Origin: Eubacteriales bacterium
GTDB lineage: Bacteria > Bacillota > Clostridia > Oscillospirales > CAG-382
Direction of reading: 5' to 3'
Assembly: GCA_045542335.1 (NCBI GenBank)
Contig: JAZQKV010000049.1
Span: 10 to 64,009, forward strand
Length of the DNA stretch: 64,000 nt
The translations under genes were made by a program, and so were the position numbers. The notes beneath the pieces are model-generated. The model saw only the letters and a list, made by a program, of their open reading frames with translations, did not search any database and had not been told where the DNA came from. The stretch's first letter is position 1. Every line of letters starts with the position of its first letter. This document shows, one piece after another, positions 48,766 through 59,337 of the stretch.

Positions 48766-48809
48766 ACACAAAACCGTTCTTGCAGTTTTTCGCAAGGACG
48801 GTTTTGTGT
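48766..48809 (+). terminator. Long hairpin terminator after the SSF gene
   Basis: ACACAAAACCGTTCTTGC (48766-48783) pairs with GCAAGGACGGTTTTGTGT (48792-48809) over 18 bp with one G-U pair. No long T tract lies beyond the stem. Confidence 0.6.
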
Positions 48810-49047
48810 ATTACCACTGACGCTTTTAATTATCACTCAAGATAATTGATGTCAACCTTTAAAAGTGATTTTATGTAATACTCAAAATATTTCCGCAGAT
48901 TAACGGTAAAAATCACGTTTCAATTCATATGATTATCAGAAAATTAACAATCATTAATATAAAAGCATATAAAATTTCAACTGAATATGCTATACTGTAG
49001 GGTATCAGTATAGTTAGTCATACTATAAAGGAAAGGAATTTTAAAAA

Positions 49048-49317
49048 ATGAAAGCAGTTATCACCGTTACGGGCAGAGATACAACAGGTATTATTGCCAA
49101 GGTAAGCACAAAGTGCAGTGAATTTGAGGCTAATATCGTTGATATTTCTCAATCGGTTCTCAAGGAATACTTTGCAATGATTATGCTTGTTGAAATTGAT
49201 AAGCTTACAATCAAGTTTGCAGACTTTGTTGACGTTCTCAAAAAGCTCGGAGAGGAGAACGGTCTTTCAATTCAGGTTATGCATGAGGATATTTTCAATT
49301 CTATGCACAGAATTTAA
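49048..49317 (+). CDS. ACT domain-containing protein (UPF0237 family)
   Basis: 89 aa. MKAVITVTGRDTTGIIAKVS... is typical of the small ACT protein found upstream of UPF0210/PFL-family genes. Confidence 0.85.
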   Translation: MKAVITVTGRDTTGIIAKVSTKCSEFEANIVDISQSVLKEYFAMIMLVEIDKLTIKFADFVDVLKKLGEENGLSIQVMHEDIFNSMHRI

Positions 49318-49403
49318 CATCTGTAACTGAAAATGAAAAAGGCTGAACCCTGCAAAGTTGAAGTCACGGAAAGCTTGCGTGGCTTGGAAAGGAATTTTGT
49401 CAA

Positions 49404-50762
49404 ATGATAAATATTTCAGATATACTTGAAACCATAAATATGATTCATGAGGAGCATCTTGACGTCAGAACCATAACAATGGGCATTTCGCTTCTCGACT
49501 GTGCGGCATCAGACAACAAAACTCTTTGCAACAATATTTATGATAAGCTTACAAAGAAAGCGGAAAAGCTTGTTGCAACAGGCGAGGATATTGAAAAGGA
49601 ATACGGCATTCCGATTGTCAATAAAAGAGTTTCTGTCACCCCGGTTTCGCTTGTTGGCGGCTGCAGATGTGCCGAGGATTATGTCAACATCGCAAAAACG
49701 CTTGACCGTGCGGCACACACTCTCGGAATAAACTTTATAGGCGGATTTTCCGCACTTGTCCATAAAGGTGCAACTCCCTCTGACGAATGTCTTATGAACG
49801 CCGTACCCGAAGCCCTTTCGGTGACAGAGCGTGTATGCTCATCAATAAATGTTGGCACGACACGTTCAGGAATCAACATGGATGCTGTCAATAAATGCGG
49901 CAATATTGTAAAGGAGCTTGCATATCTTACAAAGGATAATTACTCAATCGGCTGTGCAAAGTTCGTTGTCTTTGCAAATGTGCCCGAGGACAATCCTTTT
50001 ATGGCAGGTGCATTCCATGGTGTTGGCGAGCCGGATTGCGTTATAAACGTGGGCGTTTCGGGTCCGGGTGTTGTGAGAAGTGCGGTTGAACGTGCAGGAA
50101 ACTGTGATTTCTCCGAGCTTGCGGATATAATCAAGAAAACGGCTTTCAAGGTTACAAGAATGGGACAGCTTGTTGCCTGTGAAGCATCCGAAAGACTTGG
50201 CGTACCATTTGGTATTATCGACCTTTCCCTTGCTCCAACTCCTGCAATAGGCGACTCGGTTGCGCATATACTTGAAGCAATGGGACTTGAGCGTTGCGGC
50301 GCACACGGTACAACTGCCGCATTGGCAATGCTTAATGATGCGGTTAAAAAGGGCGGCGCAATGGCATCCTCCCATGTTGGAGGACTTTCGGGTGCATTTA
50401 TCCCTGTTTCGGAGGATCAGGGAATGATTGATGCTGTTTCATGTGGCGCACTTACAATTGAAAAGCTTGAGGCGATGACCTCGGTTTGCTCGGTGGGACT
50501 TGATATGATTGCCATTCCCGGCGATACACCTGCCGAAACGATTTCTGCAATAATTGCAGATGAAGCGGCAATTGGTATGATAAACGGCAAGACAACTGCT
50601 GTTCGCCTTATTCCTGCATATGGCAAGGGAGTTGGCGAAAGGGTTGAGTTTGGAGGACTTCTCGGTTATGCACCCGTTATTCCTGTAAATACAAACTCTT
50701 CTGCAAACTTTGTTCTCAGAGGTGGCAGAATCCCTGCACCTATTCACAGTTTGAGAAACTGA
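49404..50762 (+). CDS. PFL family protein (UPF0210 / DUF711)
   Basis: 452 aa. [27 protein letters not shown] is the family's characteristic N-terminus. Confidence 0.85.
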   Translation: MINISDILETINMIHEEHLDVRTITMGISLLDCAASDNKTLCNNIYDKLTKKAEKLVATGEDIEKEYGIPIVNKRVSVTPVSLVGGCRCAEDYVNIAKTLDRAAHTLGINFIGGFSALVHKGATPSDECLMNAVPEALSVTERVCSSINVGTTRSGINMDAVNKCGNIVKELAYLTKDNYSIGCAKFVVFANVPEDNPFMAGAFHGVGEPDCVINVGVSGPGVVRSAVERAGNCDFSELADIIKKTAFKVTRMGQLVACEASERLGVPFGIIDLSLAPTPAIGDSVAHILEAMGLERCGAHGTTAALAMLNDAVKKGGAMASSHVGGLSGAFIPVSEDQGMIDAVSCGALTIEKLEAMTSVCSVGLDMIAIPGDTPAETISAIIADEAAIGMINGKTTAVRLIPAYGKGVGERVEFGGLLGYAPVIPVNTNSSANFVLRGGRIPAPIHSLRN

Positions 50763-50811
50763 TAAATTTTATGCAGAATCCCGTTAAGGATTGTGAAAGG
50801 AATGAAAAATA

Positions 50812-52254
50812 ATGATTTATGATGTTGCGGTTATAGGCGCAGGAGTTATTGGTTCAATGACTGCCCGTGAGCTTTCACGCTATAATCTCAAAGTGTGCCT
50901 TATTGACAAGCTTGACGATGCCTGCGGAGGCACGTCAAAGGCAAACTCTGCCATTGTTCATGCTGGTTTTGATGCTGAAAACGGAACTCTCAAGGCAAAG
51001 CTCAACGTTAAAGGCTGTGAGCTTATGCCGGAGGTTTGCCGCGAGCTTGATGTACATTATAAGAACACAGGATCTCTTGTTGTTTCATTTTCGGATGAAG
51101 ACGATGAGGCTGTTAAAGTTCTTTATGAGAGAGGCGTTAAAAACGGTGTTCCGGATATGAGAATCATTTCCGGCGACGAGCTTTTTGCTATGGAACCCAA
51201 CCTCTCAAAAAATGCAAGATGTGCGCTTTATGCTCCGACGGCAGGTATTGTTTGTCCTTATGAGCTGACAATTGCGGCGGCTGAAAATGCGGTGCAGAAC
51301 GGTGCGGATGCAAAATTTGAGTTTGAGGTTAATGATATTTCCGAAAAGAATGGCGTATATACTCTTTCAAACGGCAAAGAGAGTGTTGAGGCAAGATTTG
51401 TTGTCAATGCGGCAGGTCTTTTCTCGGATGAGATTGCTTCTCTTACAGGAGATGCAAGCTTTGATATAAAACCCCGAAAGGGCGAATATATGCTTTATGA
51501 CAAGAGCTGTGACGGCTTTGTTAAAACAGTTCTTTTTTCTGCTCCCTCAAAAGAGGGCAAGGGTATTCTTGTTGCGCCAACGGTTGACAGAAATGTCCTT
51601 GTGGGACCGAACGCTGTGCTCACTTCAAAAGACGATACAGAAACAACTCCGATGGGTCTTGCGCAGATTGCCGAGGGTGCATCAAAGCTTGTTTCGCTTC
51701 CGCTTCCCTCAAGAAAAACCGTCACCTCCTTCGCCGGCGTTCGCCCCACACCAACAACGGGAGATTTCGTTATAAAAAAGTCGGAAAAGATGAAGGGTGT
51801 TCTTCACCTTGCAGGTATTGAGTCACCGGGACTTGCTTCTTCTCCTGCGGTTGCGGTTTATGCCGTTGAGCTTCTCTCTGAAATGGGACTTGAGCTTGTA
51901 AAGAACGAGAAATTTGTACCCGAAAGACAAAAAGTGGTGCGTTTCCGTGAAATGGGTGATAATGAGCGTGCAGAGCTTGTGGCAAAGAATCCTGCATACG
52001 GAAGAATAATCTGCCGTTGCGAGGGTGTTACAGAGGGCGAGATTGTTGATGCAATAAAACGACCCATGGGCGCAACAAGCATTGACGGTGTTAAAAAGCG
52101 TGCAAGAGCAGGACTTGGCAGATGCCAGGGCGGCTTCTGTATGCCGAGAGTTGCCGAAATTCTCTCCCGGGAGCTTGGTATTCCTCTTACAGAGGTAACC
52201 AAGAACGGCAAGGGTTCCGAAATTCTTACCGGAAAAACAAAGGAGGTAAGATAA
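50812..52254 (+). CDS. FAD-dependent oxidoreductase, GlpA-like, with a C-terminal BFD-like [2Fe-2S] domain
   Basis: MIYDVAVIGAGVIGS FAD motif. The C-terminal ICRCEGVTEGEI...GRCQGGFC cysteine pattern fits a BFD-like domain. Confidence 0.8.
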   Translation: MIYDVAVIGAGVIGSMTARELSRYNLKVCLIDKLDDACGGTSKANSAIVHAGFDAENGTLKAKLNVKGCELMPEVCRELDVHYKNTGSLVVSFSDEDDEAVKVLYERGVKNGVPDMRIISGDELFAMEPNLSKNARCALYAPTAGIVCPYELTIAAAENAVQNGADAKFEFEVNDISEKNGVYTLSNGKESVEARFVVNAAGLFSDEIASLTGDASFDIKPRKGEYMLYDKSCDGFVKTVLFSAPSKEGKGILVAPTVDRNVLVGPNAVLTSKDDTETTPMGLAQIAEGASKLVSLPLPSRKTVTSFAGVRPTPTTGDFVIKKSEKMKGVLHLAGIESPGLASSPAVAVYAVELLSEMGLELVKNEKFVPERQKVVRFREMGDNERAELVAKNPAYGRIICRCEGVTEGEIVDAIKRPMGATSIDGVKKRARAGLGRCQGGFCMPRVAEILSRELGIPLTEVTKNGKGSEILTGKTKEVR

Positions 52255-53535
52255 ATGCAGATGATTGAAAAAAAGGTTAAAATTGCGATAATCGGCGGCG
52301 GTCCTGCAGGTCTTGCAGCGGCTTTGGGAGCTGTTGAAGCAGGGGCAAAGCCTGATGACATACTCATTATAGAAAGAGATACTTGCCTTGGCGGTATTCT
52401 TAATCAGTGTATTCATGCCGGTTTTGGACTTCATATGTTCGGAGAGGAGCTTTCGGGTCCCGAATATGCGCTCAGATATATTAAAAGAGTGAAAGAAGCA
52501 GGAATTCCTTATGTGACTGATGCAATGGCTCTTTCACTCTCAAAGGACAAGGTTGTGACATATGTTTCACCCGAAAGCGGACTTGTTAAGCTTCAGGCTG
52601 AAGCTGTTATCCTTGCAATGGGTTGCCGAGAAAGACCGAGAGGCGCACTCAACACTCCCGGCGCACGTCCTGCAGGAATTTATACTGCAGGAGCGGCACA
52701 GCGTTTTATAAATATTGAGGGTTATATGCCCGGCAAAACTGCCGTGATTCTTGGTTCGGGCGACATTGGTCTTATCATGGCAAGAAGAATGACCCTTGAG
52801 GGTGCAAAGGTCAAGGCTGTTTGCGAGCTTATGCCGTATTCCAGCGGTCTTGCAAGAAACATTGCACAATGCCTTGATGATTTTGATATTCCTCTCAAGC
52901 TTTCACACACCGTTGTTAAAATCCACGGTCACAAGAGACTTGAGGGCGTCACAATCGCAAAGGTTGATGAAAACCTCAAGCCTATTAAGGAAACAGAGGA
53001 ATATATTGAATGTGACACGCTTCTTCTTTCCGTTGGTCTTATACCCGAAAATGAGCTTACCGAAATGGCTGGCATTTCAATTGACCGTGTAACAAGCGGT
53101 GCTGTTGTCAACAACTTCCGTGAAACAGATATTGAGGGTATTTTTGCGTGCGGAAATGTTCTTCATGTTCATGACCTTGTTGACTTTGTTTCCGGAGAAA
53201 GCGAGCTTGCAGGTAAATCTGCGGCGGCATATGTGAGAGGCGAGCTTCCCCGTGGAGGAAAACAGATTAACATTACTGCAAAAGACGGTGTGCGCTACGT
53301 TGTTCCTCAGAATGTCAGCGGAAATGCGCTTGACGAAAACACGGAGTTTTTCTTCAGAGTGGGCGGAGTTATGAGAAATGCCTATATTGAGGTATATTCC
53401 GGTGACGAGCTTATTTATCGCAAAAAGAAGCCGAGACTCGCTCCCGGTGAAATGGAAAATCTGAAGCTTGATGCGAAGGCTGTTGAAACCGTTCGTCAGA
53501 ATGGTGATCTGACTTTCTGCATTAACAGAAGCTGA
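52255..53535 (+). CDS. NAD(P)/FAD-dependent (pyridine nucleotide-disulfide type) oxidoreductase
   Basis: KIAIIGGGPAGLAAA and a second dinucleotide motif AVILGSGDIGL. The start abuts the previous stop, and the SD AAAGGAGG lies upstream. Confidence 0.8.
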   Translation: MQMIEKKVKIAIIGGGPAGLAAALGAVEAGAKPDDILIIERDTCLGGILNQCIHAGFGLHMFGEELSGPEYALRYIKRVKEAGIPYVTDAMALSLSKDKVVTYVSPESGLVKLQAEAVILAMGCRERPRGALNTPGARPAGIYTAGAAQRFINIEGYMPGKTAVILGSGDIGLIMARRMTLEGAKVKAVCELMPYSSGLARNIAQCLDDFDIPLKLSHTVVKIHGHKRLEGVTIAKVDENLKPIKETEEYIECDTLLLSVGLIPENELTEMAGISIDRVTSGAVVNNFRETDIEGIFACGNVLHVHDLVDFVSGESELAGKSAAAYVRGELPRGGKQINITAKDGVRYVVPQNVSGNALDENTEFFFRVGGVMRNAYIEVYSGDELIYRKKKPRLAPGEMENLKLDAKAVETVRQNGDLTFCINRS

Positions 53536-53551
53536 TAAGGAGGAAAAACAG

Positions 53552-53908
53552 ATGCAAAAGACATTTACCTGCGTGGTTTGCCCCATAGGCTGTGAGCTTA
53601 CAGTTGACTTTGACGGCACAACCGTAAACTCCGTTACAGGAAACACCTGCAAACGAGGCGATGCATATGCAAGAAACGAAATTGTTTCTCCCTCCAGAAC
53701 ACTTACCTCAACTGTCAGAGTAAAGGGTGGTTCAATGCCGCTTGTACCCGTAAAGACAGATAAGCCTATTCCGAAGGCACAGCTTTTTGAGGCAATGAAA
53801 AAGCTCAATCAAATGGAAATTCCGGCTCCTGTGAAATGCGGAGATGTTATTGAAAAGGACTTTATTGAGAATGGCACAAACCTTGTGGCGTGCAGAGATA
53901 TTCAATAA
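53552..53908 (+). CDS. DUF1667 domain-containing protein
   Basis: 118 aa. FTCVVCPIGCELTV and GNTCKRG cysteine motifs. It is the usual third member of this oxidoreductase trio. Confidence 0.8.
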   Translation: MQKTFTCVVCPIGCELTVDFDGTTVNSVTGNTCKRGDAYARNEIVSPSRTLTSTVRVKGGSMPLVPVKTDKPIPKAQLFEAMKKLNQMEIPAPVKCGDVIEKDFIENGTNLVACRDIQ

Positions 53909-53929
53909 TTGAATTTATAGGTGGTAAAA

Positions 53930-56011
53930 ATGTATAACAAAAATGATGCGAAAAGATTTCCGCCCGTATCGGCAAAAGTCCCCCACATGATTCACGGCGG
54001 AGATTATAACCCTGATCAGTGGCTTCCCATTGATCCTGATACACTTCCGAAGGATGTTCGTCTTTTTAAAATGGCAGGCATAAACAGTGCATCCGTGTGC
54101 ATTTTCGGATGGTCCGCAATTGAACCCGAGGAGGGAGTTTACACCTTTGAGTGGCTTGACAAGACAATTGACACCCTTTATGAAAACGGGATTTACACCA
54201 TTCTTGCCACTCCCACGGCGGCAAGACCCGCATGGCTTGATGCAAAGTATCCCGAGGCAATGAGAACGTCAAACACAGGCGTTAAAAACACGCATGGAAG
54301 ACGTCACAATCATTGCTACACCTCTCGTGCATACCGAGAGCTTTCAAAGGGAATCATAACAAAGCTTGCAGAGAGATATGGCAAGCATCCCGGTCTTATG
54401 ATGTGGCATCTCAACAATGAATACGGCGGAGCTTGCTTCTGCGATAACTGCAAGGCGGCATTCAGAAGCTGGCTTCGTGAACGCTATAACGGCGACATTG
54501 ATGCACTCAACACCGCATGGTGGACACGTTTCTGGAGCCACACTTTCACAAACTTTGAACAGATTGATCCGCCAAGCCCCATCGGCGAGGACAGCACTCA
54601 CGGACTTAACGTTGATTGGAAAAGGTTTGTAACTTTCAAGACAAACGAATACATGGAAATGGAGTTTGACACCGTAAAGTCAATTACTCCCGACATTCCC
54701 GTGACAGCAAACTTCATGGATATGTATGGCGAGCTTGATTATTCCATGATGCGTGACAAGCTCGATGTAATGTCCTGGGACAACTACCCCGATTTTGGCG
54801 GCGACACATGGACTGATGAGGATGCTTTTACCCGTGCTGCGTTCAATCACGACTTTTTCCGTACTCTCAAGAAAAAGCCTTTCCTTGTTATGGAGTCCAC
54901 TCCAAGCAACGTAAACTGGAAGCCCATAAACAAGCTCAAAAGGCCCGGAATGCATCTGCTTGCCTCGCTTCACGGCGTTGCACACGGTGCGGATTCGGTT
55001 CAGTATTTTCAGCTGAGAAAATCAAGAGGTTCTTCCGAAATGCTTCACGGAGCGGTTATTGACCATGTTGGCTACGATACTGATAAAACAAGAGTGTTCA
55101 AGGATGTAACCGACGTTGGAAACGCCCTTGCGAGAATGGATGAAATTGTCGGAACTTGCACTCCCTCAGAGGTTGCCGTGCTTTATGATATTGACAACCG
55201 CAACATGATGGACGTTATGCAGGGACTTAACAAGGTCAACCGCAACTATATCGAAACACTCTTTAAGCACTATGGTATTTTCAACCGTGAGAGCATCAAC
55301 ATTGATGTTCTTCCCGTTGCTGATGACTTTTCGAGCTACAAGCTTATTATTGCTCCGATGCTCTATATGACAAAGGAAGAAACTGTAAAGAAGATTGAAA
55401 AATTTGTTGCCGATGGCGGAAACGTTGTGTTTACATATCACAGCGCATATGTCAACGACACGGGTCTTCATTGGCTGAACGGTCTTCCTGCAGGAGAGCT
55501 TCGCAAGGTGTTCGGAATATGGAACGAGGAATGTGATTCGTTGTTCCCGTCACAGAGAGTTGGCATAAAGTACAACGAAAATGCCCTTGGACTTTCAGGC
55601 GAGCTTAAGGCTCGTGATATGTGTGAGCTTGTTCATCTTGAGGGTGCAGAGGCTATTGCGGAATATACCTCTGAATTTTATGCAGGTATGCCTGCAATAA
55701 CCGTGAATAACTACGGCAAGGGCAAGGCTTACTACATTGCCGCAAGAATAGACAAGGCAGAGTTGAGAAAATTCTACCGTGCAATTATCGCAGACACCGG
55801 AATAAGACGTGCCTTTGATTTTGAGCTTCCCGAGGGCGTTGAAGCGACAGTTCGTGCCGATGGTAAAAACGAATTTGTCTTTGTGATGAACATAGAGGAT
55901 TCCGAAAAGAGCTTTGAACTCGGAGGCGAATATACAGACATTATCACGGGTCAGAAAATTGGTTCGGAACTTACGCTTGCCCCTTATGGCATAGTTGTGT
56001 TTAAGAGATAG
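53930..56011 (+). CDS. Beta-galactosidase, glycoside hydrolase family 42
   Basis: The start was moved to the ATG at 53930 (AGGTGG 5 nt upstream). GGDYNPDQW, the acid/base region HLNNEYGG, the nucleophile region VMESTPS, and a zinc-site-like CDNC. Confidence 0.9.
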   Translation: MYNKNDAKRFPPVSAKVPHMIHGGDYNPDQWLPIDPDTLPKDVRLFKMAGINSASVCIFGWSAIEPEEGVYTFEWLDKTIDTLYENGIYTILATPTAARPAWLDAKYPEAMRTSNTGVKNTHGRRHNHCYTSRAYRELSKGIITKLAERYGKHPGLMMWHLNNEYGGACFCDNCKAAFRSWLRERYNGDIDALNTAWWTRFWSHTFTNFEQIDPPSPIGEDSTHGLNVDWKRFVTFKTNEYMEMEFDTVKSITPDIPVTANFMDMYGELDYSMMRDKLDVMSWDNYPDFGGDTWTDEDAFTRAAFNHDFFRTLKKKPFLVMESTPSNVNWKPINKLKRPGMHLLASLHGVAHGADSVQYFQLRKSRGSSEMLHGAVIDHVGYDTDKTRVFKDVTDVGNALARMDEIVGTCTPSEVAVLYDIDNRNMMDVMQGLNKVNRNYIETLFKHYGIFNRESINIDVLPVADDFSSYKLIIAPMLYMTKEETVKKIEKFVADGGNVVFTYHSAYVNDTGLHWLNGLPAGELRKVFGIWNEECDSLFPSQRVGIKYNENALGLSGELKARDMCELVHLEGAEAIAEYTSEFYAGMPAITVNNYGKGKAYYIAARIDKAELRKFYRAIIADTGIRRAFDFELPEGVEATVRADGKNEFVFVMNIEDSEKSFELGGEYTDIITGQKIGSELTLAPYGIVVFKR

Positions 56012-56133
56012 GGGTAAGCACAATGAAATGTGAGTCTTTTTTGGAAAGAATAGAGCAGTACATCTAAGATAAAAATATTGAAAGGAGAGGTCTGAAATAA
56101 GTCATTCAGACGCAGATTTCAGACAGCATAAAA

Positions 56134-56967
56134 ATGGCTGAAAATTGTACACATAACTGCAGCACCTGCAGTTCAAATTGCGCATCCCGTGATAAGGAAA
56201 GCTTTCTTGAGCCACTTCACGAGCTCTCATCCGTAAAGCACGTTATTGCAGTTGCAAGCGGAAAAGGCGGTGTGGGAAAATCCACAATAACATCACTCCT
56301 GGCAGTTGCCATGGCGAGAAAAGGATATAATGTTGCTATCCTCGATGCTGACATTACAGGTCCGTCAATTCCCAAGGCGTTTGGAATCAAGGGCAACGTT
56401 ATGGCAGATGAATCGGGACTCATGCTTCCCGAAACCTCCTGCGGAGGAATAAAAATCCTCTCGGCAAATATGCTTCTTCCCAACGAGGACGACCCCGTTA
56501 TATGGAGAGGCGCACTTATTGCAGGCGCAGTAAAGCAGTTCTGGCAGGAGGCACTCTGGGACGATGTTGACTATATGTTCGTTGATATGCCTCCCGGAAC
56601 AGGCGATGTTCCTCTCACAGTGTTCCAGTCGCTTCCCATTGACGGAACGGTTATCGTAACTACACCTCAGAAGCTTGTTTCAATGGTTGTTACAAAGGCT
56701 GTTAAGATGGCGGAAAAAATGAGCATACCTGTGCTTGGTCTTGTTGAAAACATGAGTTATCTCGAATGTCCGGATTGTGGCAAGAAGCTTGAGATTTTCG
56801 GCAAATCCGAGTCGGAGAAGCTTGCAAAGGAGCATGGCATCCCAACCTTTGCCGCACTTCCCATAAATCCTGCGGTGGCAGAGCTTGAGGACAGCGGCAA
56901 TATCGAGAAAGCCGACGTCGGCGCACTTGAAGCTGTTGTCGAGAAGCTTGTTGAACTTGATAAGTAA
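56134..56967 (+). CDS. Mrp/NBP35 family iron-sulfur cluster carrier ATPase
   Basis: VASGKGGVGKST deviant Walker A motif, an N-terminal Cys-rich CTHNCSTCSSNC, and a C-terminal CPDC. Confidence 0.85.
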   Translation: MAENCTHNCSTCSSNCASRDKESFLEPLHELSSVKHVIAVASGKGGVGKSTITSLLAVAMARKGYNVAILDADITGPSIPKAFGIKGNVMADESGLMLPETSCGGIKILSANMLLPNEDDPVIWRGALIAGAVKQFWQEALWDDVDYMFVDMPPGTGDVPLTVFQSLPIDGTVIVTTPQKLVSMVVTKAVKMAEKMSIPVLGLVENMSYLECPDCGKKLEIFGKSESEKLAKEHGIPTFAALPINPAVAELEDSGNIEKADVGALEAVVEKLVELDK

Positions 56968-56976
56968 TGAATTTAT

Positions 56977-57010
56977 AAAGCCTTCGGCGAAACGCCGGAG
57001 GCTTTTTTCT
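56977..57010. terminator. Intrinsic terminator after the Mrp gene (between convergent genes)
   Basis: AAAGCCTTCGGCG pairs with CGCCGGAGGCTTT across an AAA loop, followed by TTTTCT. Confidence 0.8.
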
Positions 57011-57075
57011 GACATGGATGTACAAAAATGAATCCCCTATATCATAAGACATAAGGGATTCGGATAAGCTTAGAT

Positions 57076-58035
57076 TTATTTGTTTACGTTGCTGTACGCC
57101 ATAACCATGAGATGAGTGAGTCTCTTTGCCTCTTCAATACCGCAACCCTCAAGAATGTTGCCTGTGCAGAACTGCTCAAGTGGAGAGGGGAGAGCTTCAA
57201 GCAACTCCGCTTCAACCTTTCCACCTGAAGTCTTTGTGTTCTTAAACACCTTGCCGGAGCCTGCATCAAAGGTGGCATAGCCGTTTTCACCGCCCACTTC
57301 AAGGGTGATGGGGCAACCAACGGAAACAAAGCCGGTTTCGTTTACCGCAATGCAGCCGTTTTTGTAGCTCATCACTGTCACGGCGTTGTCCTCGATTCTG
57401 TCGGGATTTATGGTGTTTGCGTGCTCGCTGTCGCAGGCAATGGTGAATACCGAGTTTGCCGTTTCGGGCATTCCGAGAAACCAATCGGAAACATACATTC
57501 CGTGTGCGCCAAGGTCAATCATTGCTCCGCCACCGCACTGCTTCAGATTGTAAAAATGTTCGGGAAGCCATTCGCCAACACTTCCGCTGTGAACGTTGCG
57601 GTATCTCAGGTAGTTGAGTTTTCCGAGCTCACCGCTGTCTGCAATTGCCTTGACTGTCCTCTGACCTGCTAAGTATTTCTGAGGAAGCGAGATAACAAAG
57701 TTTACGCCGTTGTCCTTAACTGCCTTTGCTACCTTTTCGCAGTCTTCATCTGTAAGAGCAAGTACCTTTTCCGTGAAAATATGCTTGCTTGCATTTGCAA
57801 GCTTAATCATGACTTCGGTGTGGGTGTCCGTTGATGTGCAGACAATTGCCGCATCGGCATCTGAGGCGAGAAGCTCGTCAAGGGATTTGTATTCGGGAAC
57901 ACCATACTTGCTTGCAAAATCGGCTCTCCACTTTTCGTTTTCGTCCCACACGCCTGTTATTTCACAGTATTTCTTTGCGGTTTCATAGTATTGGGGTGCA
58001 TGAACGTGCCAGAGTCCACATATTGCTATTTTCAT
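57076..58035 (-). CDS. Gfo/Idh/MocA family oxidoreductase
   Basis: 319 aa. MKIAICGLWHVHA is the N-terminal Rossmann start. The ATG overlaps the stop of the upstream gene (ATGA, 58032-58035). Confidence 0.75.
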   Translation of the reverse strand: MKIAICGLWHVHAPQYYETAKKYCEITGVWDENEKWRADFASKYGVPEYKSLDELLASDADAAIVCTSTDTHTEVMIKLANASKHIFTEKVLALTDEDCEKVAKAVKDNGVNFVISLPQKYLAGQRTVKAIADSGELGKLNYLRYRNVHSGSVGEWLPEHFYNLKQCGGGAMIDLGAHGMYVSDWFLGMPETANSVFTIACDSEHANTINPDRIEDNAVTVMSYKNGCIAVNETGFVSVGCPITLEVGGENGYATFDAGSGKVFKNTKTSGGKVEAELLEALPSPLEQFCTGNILEGCGIEEAKRLTHLMVMAYSNVNK

Positions 58036-59117
58036 TCGAAAATCACCGGCTTTCCTGTCTTGCTTGAGGTGTAAATTGCCTCAAGAATTTCAGAGACAAC
58101 AAGTGCCTGTTCGGGAAGAACAACAGGGTCTGTGTCCTCAACAACCGCCTTGATCCAGTTGCGTGCTTCGGTGATAGCAGGCGTTTCCGCTACACCGTCA
58201 TAAAATGCCACGCCACCGGCGGAAAGGTCAACCTTCGTGTCCACCTGCCTGCCGTATTCAATCTTGTTTATGGTGAGTACATCGTTCTTTATCTGAAGAC
58301 CTGCCTTGCTTCCGCAGAGAACACAGCTGCCCTCTGTGATAGGCTCGGAGGTGTTGAGTGCCCAGCTTGTTTCAAGCATAATTGTCGCACCGTTCTTCAT
58401 GACAATCATAGCGCAAGCCGCCTCTTCAAGGGGTGTGGTTGATACGCCGTTATCGCCCCAGATGTTGCCCTCCTCGGGATGTTCGATTTTCTTGTGGGTT
58501 TTGCCGAGAACAATCGCAGGCTCATAGTTGTTCATGAGGGAAAGGGTGAGATCAAGGGAGTGGGTTGCAATGTCGATAACGGGTCCGCCACCCTGTTCTT
58601 CTTCGTTGAGAAATACGCCCCAGTTGGGAGTTCCTCTGCGTCTTGTTGCAAGGCAGTTTGCATAGTAGATTTCGCCAAGCTCGCCGGCTTCAATGCGCTG
58701 TTTTGCATGGCGGCTCTGAGGCTTTTGTCTGTGCTGATAACCGATTGTCAGCTTCTTTCCTGTTTCTTTTGCAGCTGCAACCATTCTTCTTGCGTCTTCC
58801 GCTGTCTTTGCCATGGGCTTTTCGCACATAACGTGTTTTCCTGCGTGAAGTGCATCAATTGAAATATCTGCGTGCTCACGGTTGGGAGTGAGAACGTGGA
58901 CAACCTCGATGGTTTTGTCTTTAAGAAGCTCCCTGTAGTCTGTGTATACCTTTGCATCGGGAGTTCCGAATTTCTTTGCAGCAGCCTGCGCCTTTTCTTC
59001 AATAATATCGCAGAATGCAACCATTCTTACGTTGGGGATAACGCTGAGGGACGGCATATGCTTTCCGTTTGCGATACCACCACAGCCGATAATTCCGACA
59101 TTAACTATTCTGTCCAT
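58032..59117 (-). CDS. Gfo/Idh/MocA family oxidoreductase
   Basis: The start was trimmed to MDRIVNVGIIGCGGIANGKH (AAGGGA upstream). The EKP motif (MCEKPMA) is typical of the family. Confidence 0.8.
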   Translation of the reverse strand: MDRIVNVGIIGCGGIANGKHMPSLSVIPNVRMVAFCDIIEEKAQAAAKKFGTPDAKVYTDYRELLKDKTIEVVHVLTPNREHADISIDALHAGKHVMCEKPMAKTAEDARRMVAAAKETGKKLTIGYQHRQKPQSRHAKQRIEAGELGEIYYANCLATRRRGTPNWGVFLNEEEQGGGPVIDIATHSLDLTLSLMNNYEPAIVLGKTHKKIEHPEEGNIWGDNGVSTTPLEEAACAMIVMKNGATIMLETSWALNTSEPITEGSCVLCGSKAGLQIKNDVLTINKIEYGRQVDTKVDLSAGGVAFYDGVAETPAITEARNWIKAVVEDTDPVVLPEQALVVSEILEAIYTSSKTGKPVIFE

Positions 59118-59337
59118 AATCATTTCCCTTTCATATTTACATATTCTTATCGGATTCTTTTCTTTTTCCGACAAATAAATTGTAGCATTTTCAAAAAAAA
59201 TATGCTATAATAAAAATGCTTTGAAATATAAAAAATTTGTCATGTTATTATTCTTGCTGTCAAAAAACCCTTGTTTAAGCGATGCTTGAACAAAAAAATT
59301 TGTTTGCATAGTTTTATAAAGACTCGGAGGGATAAAG

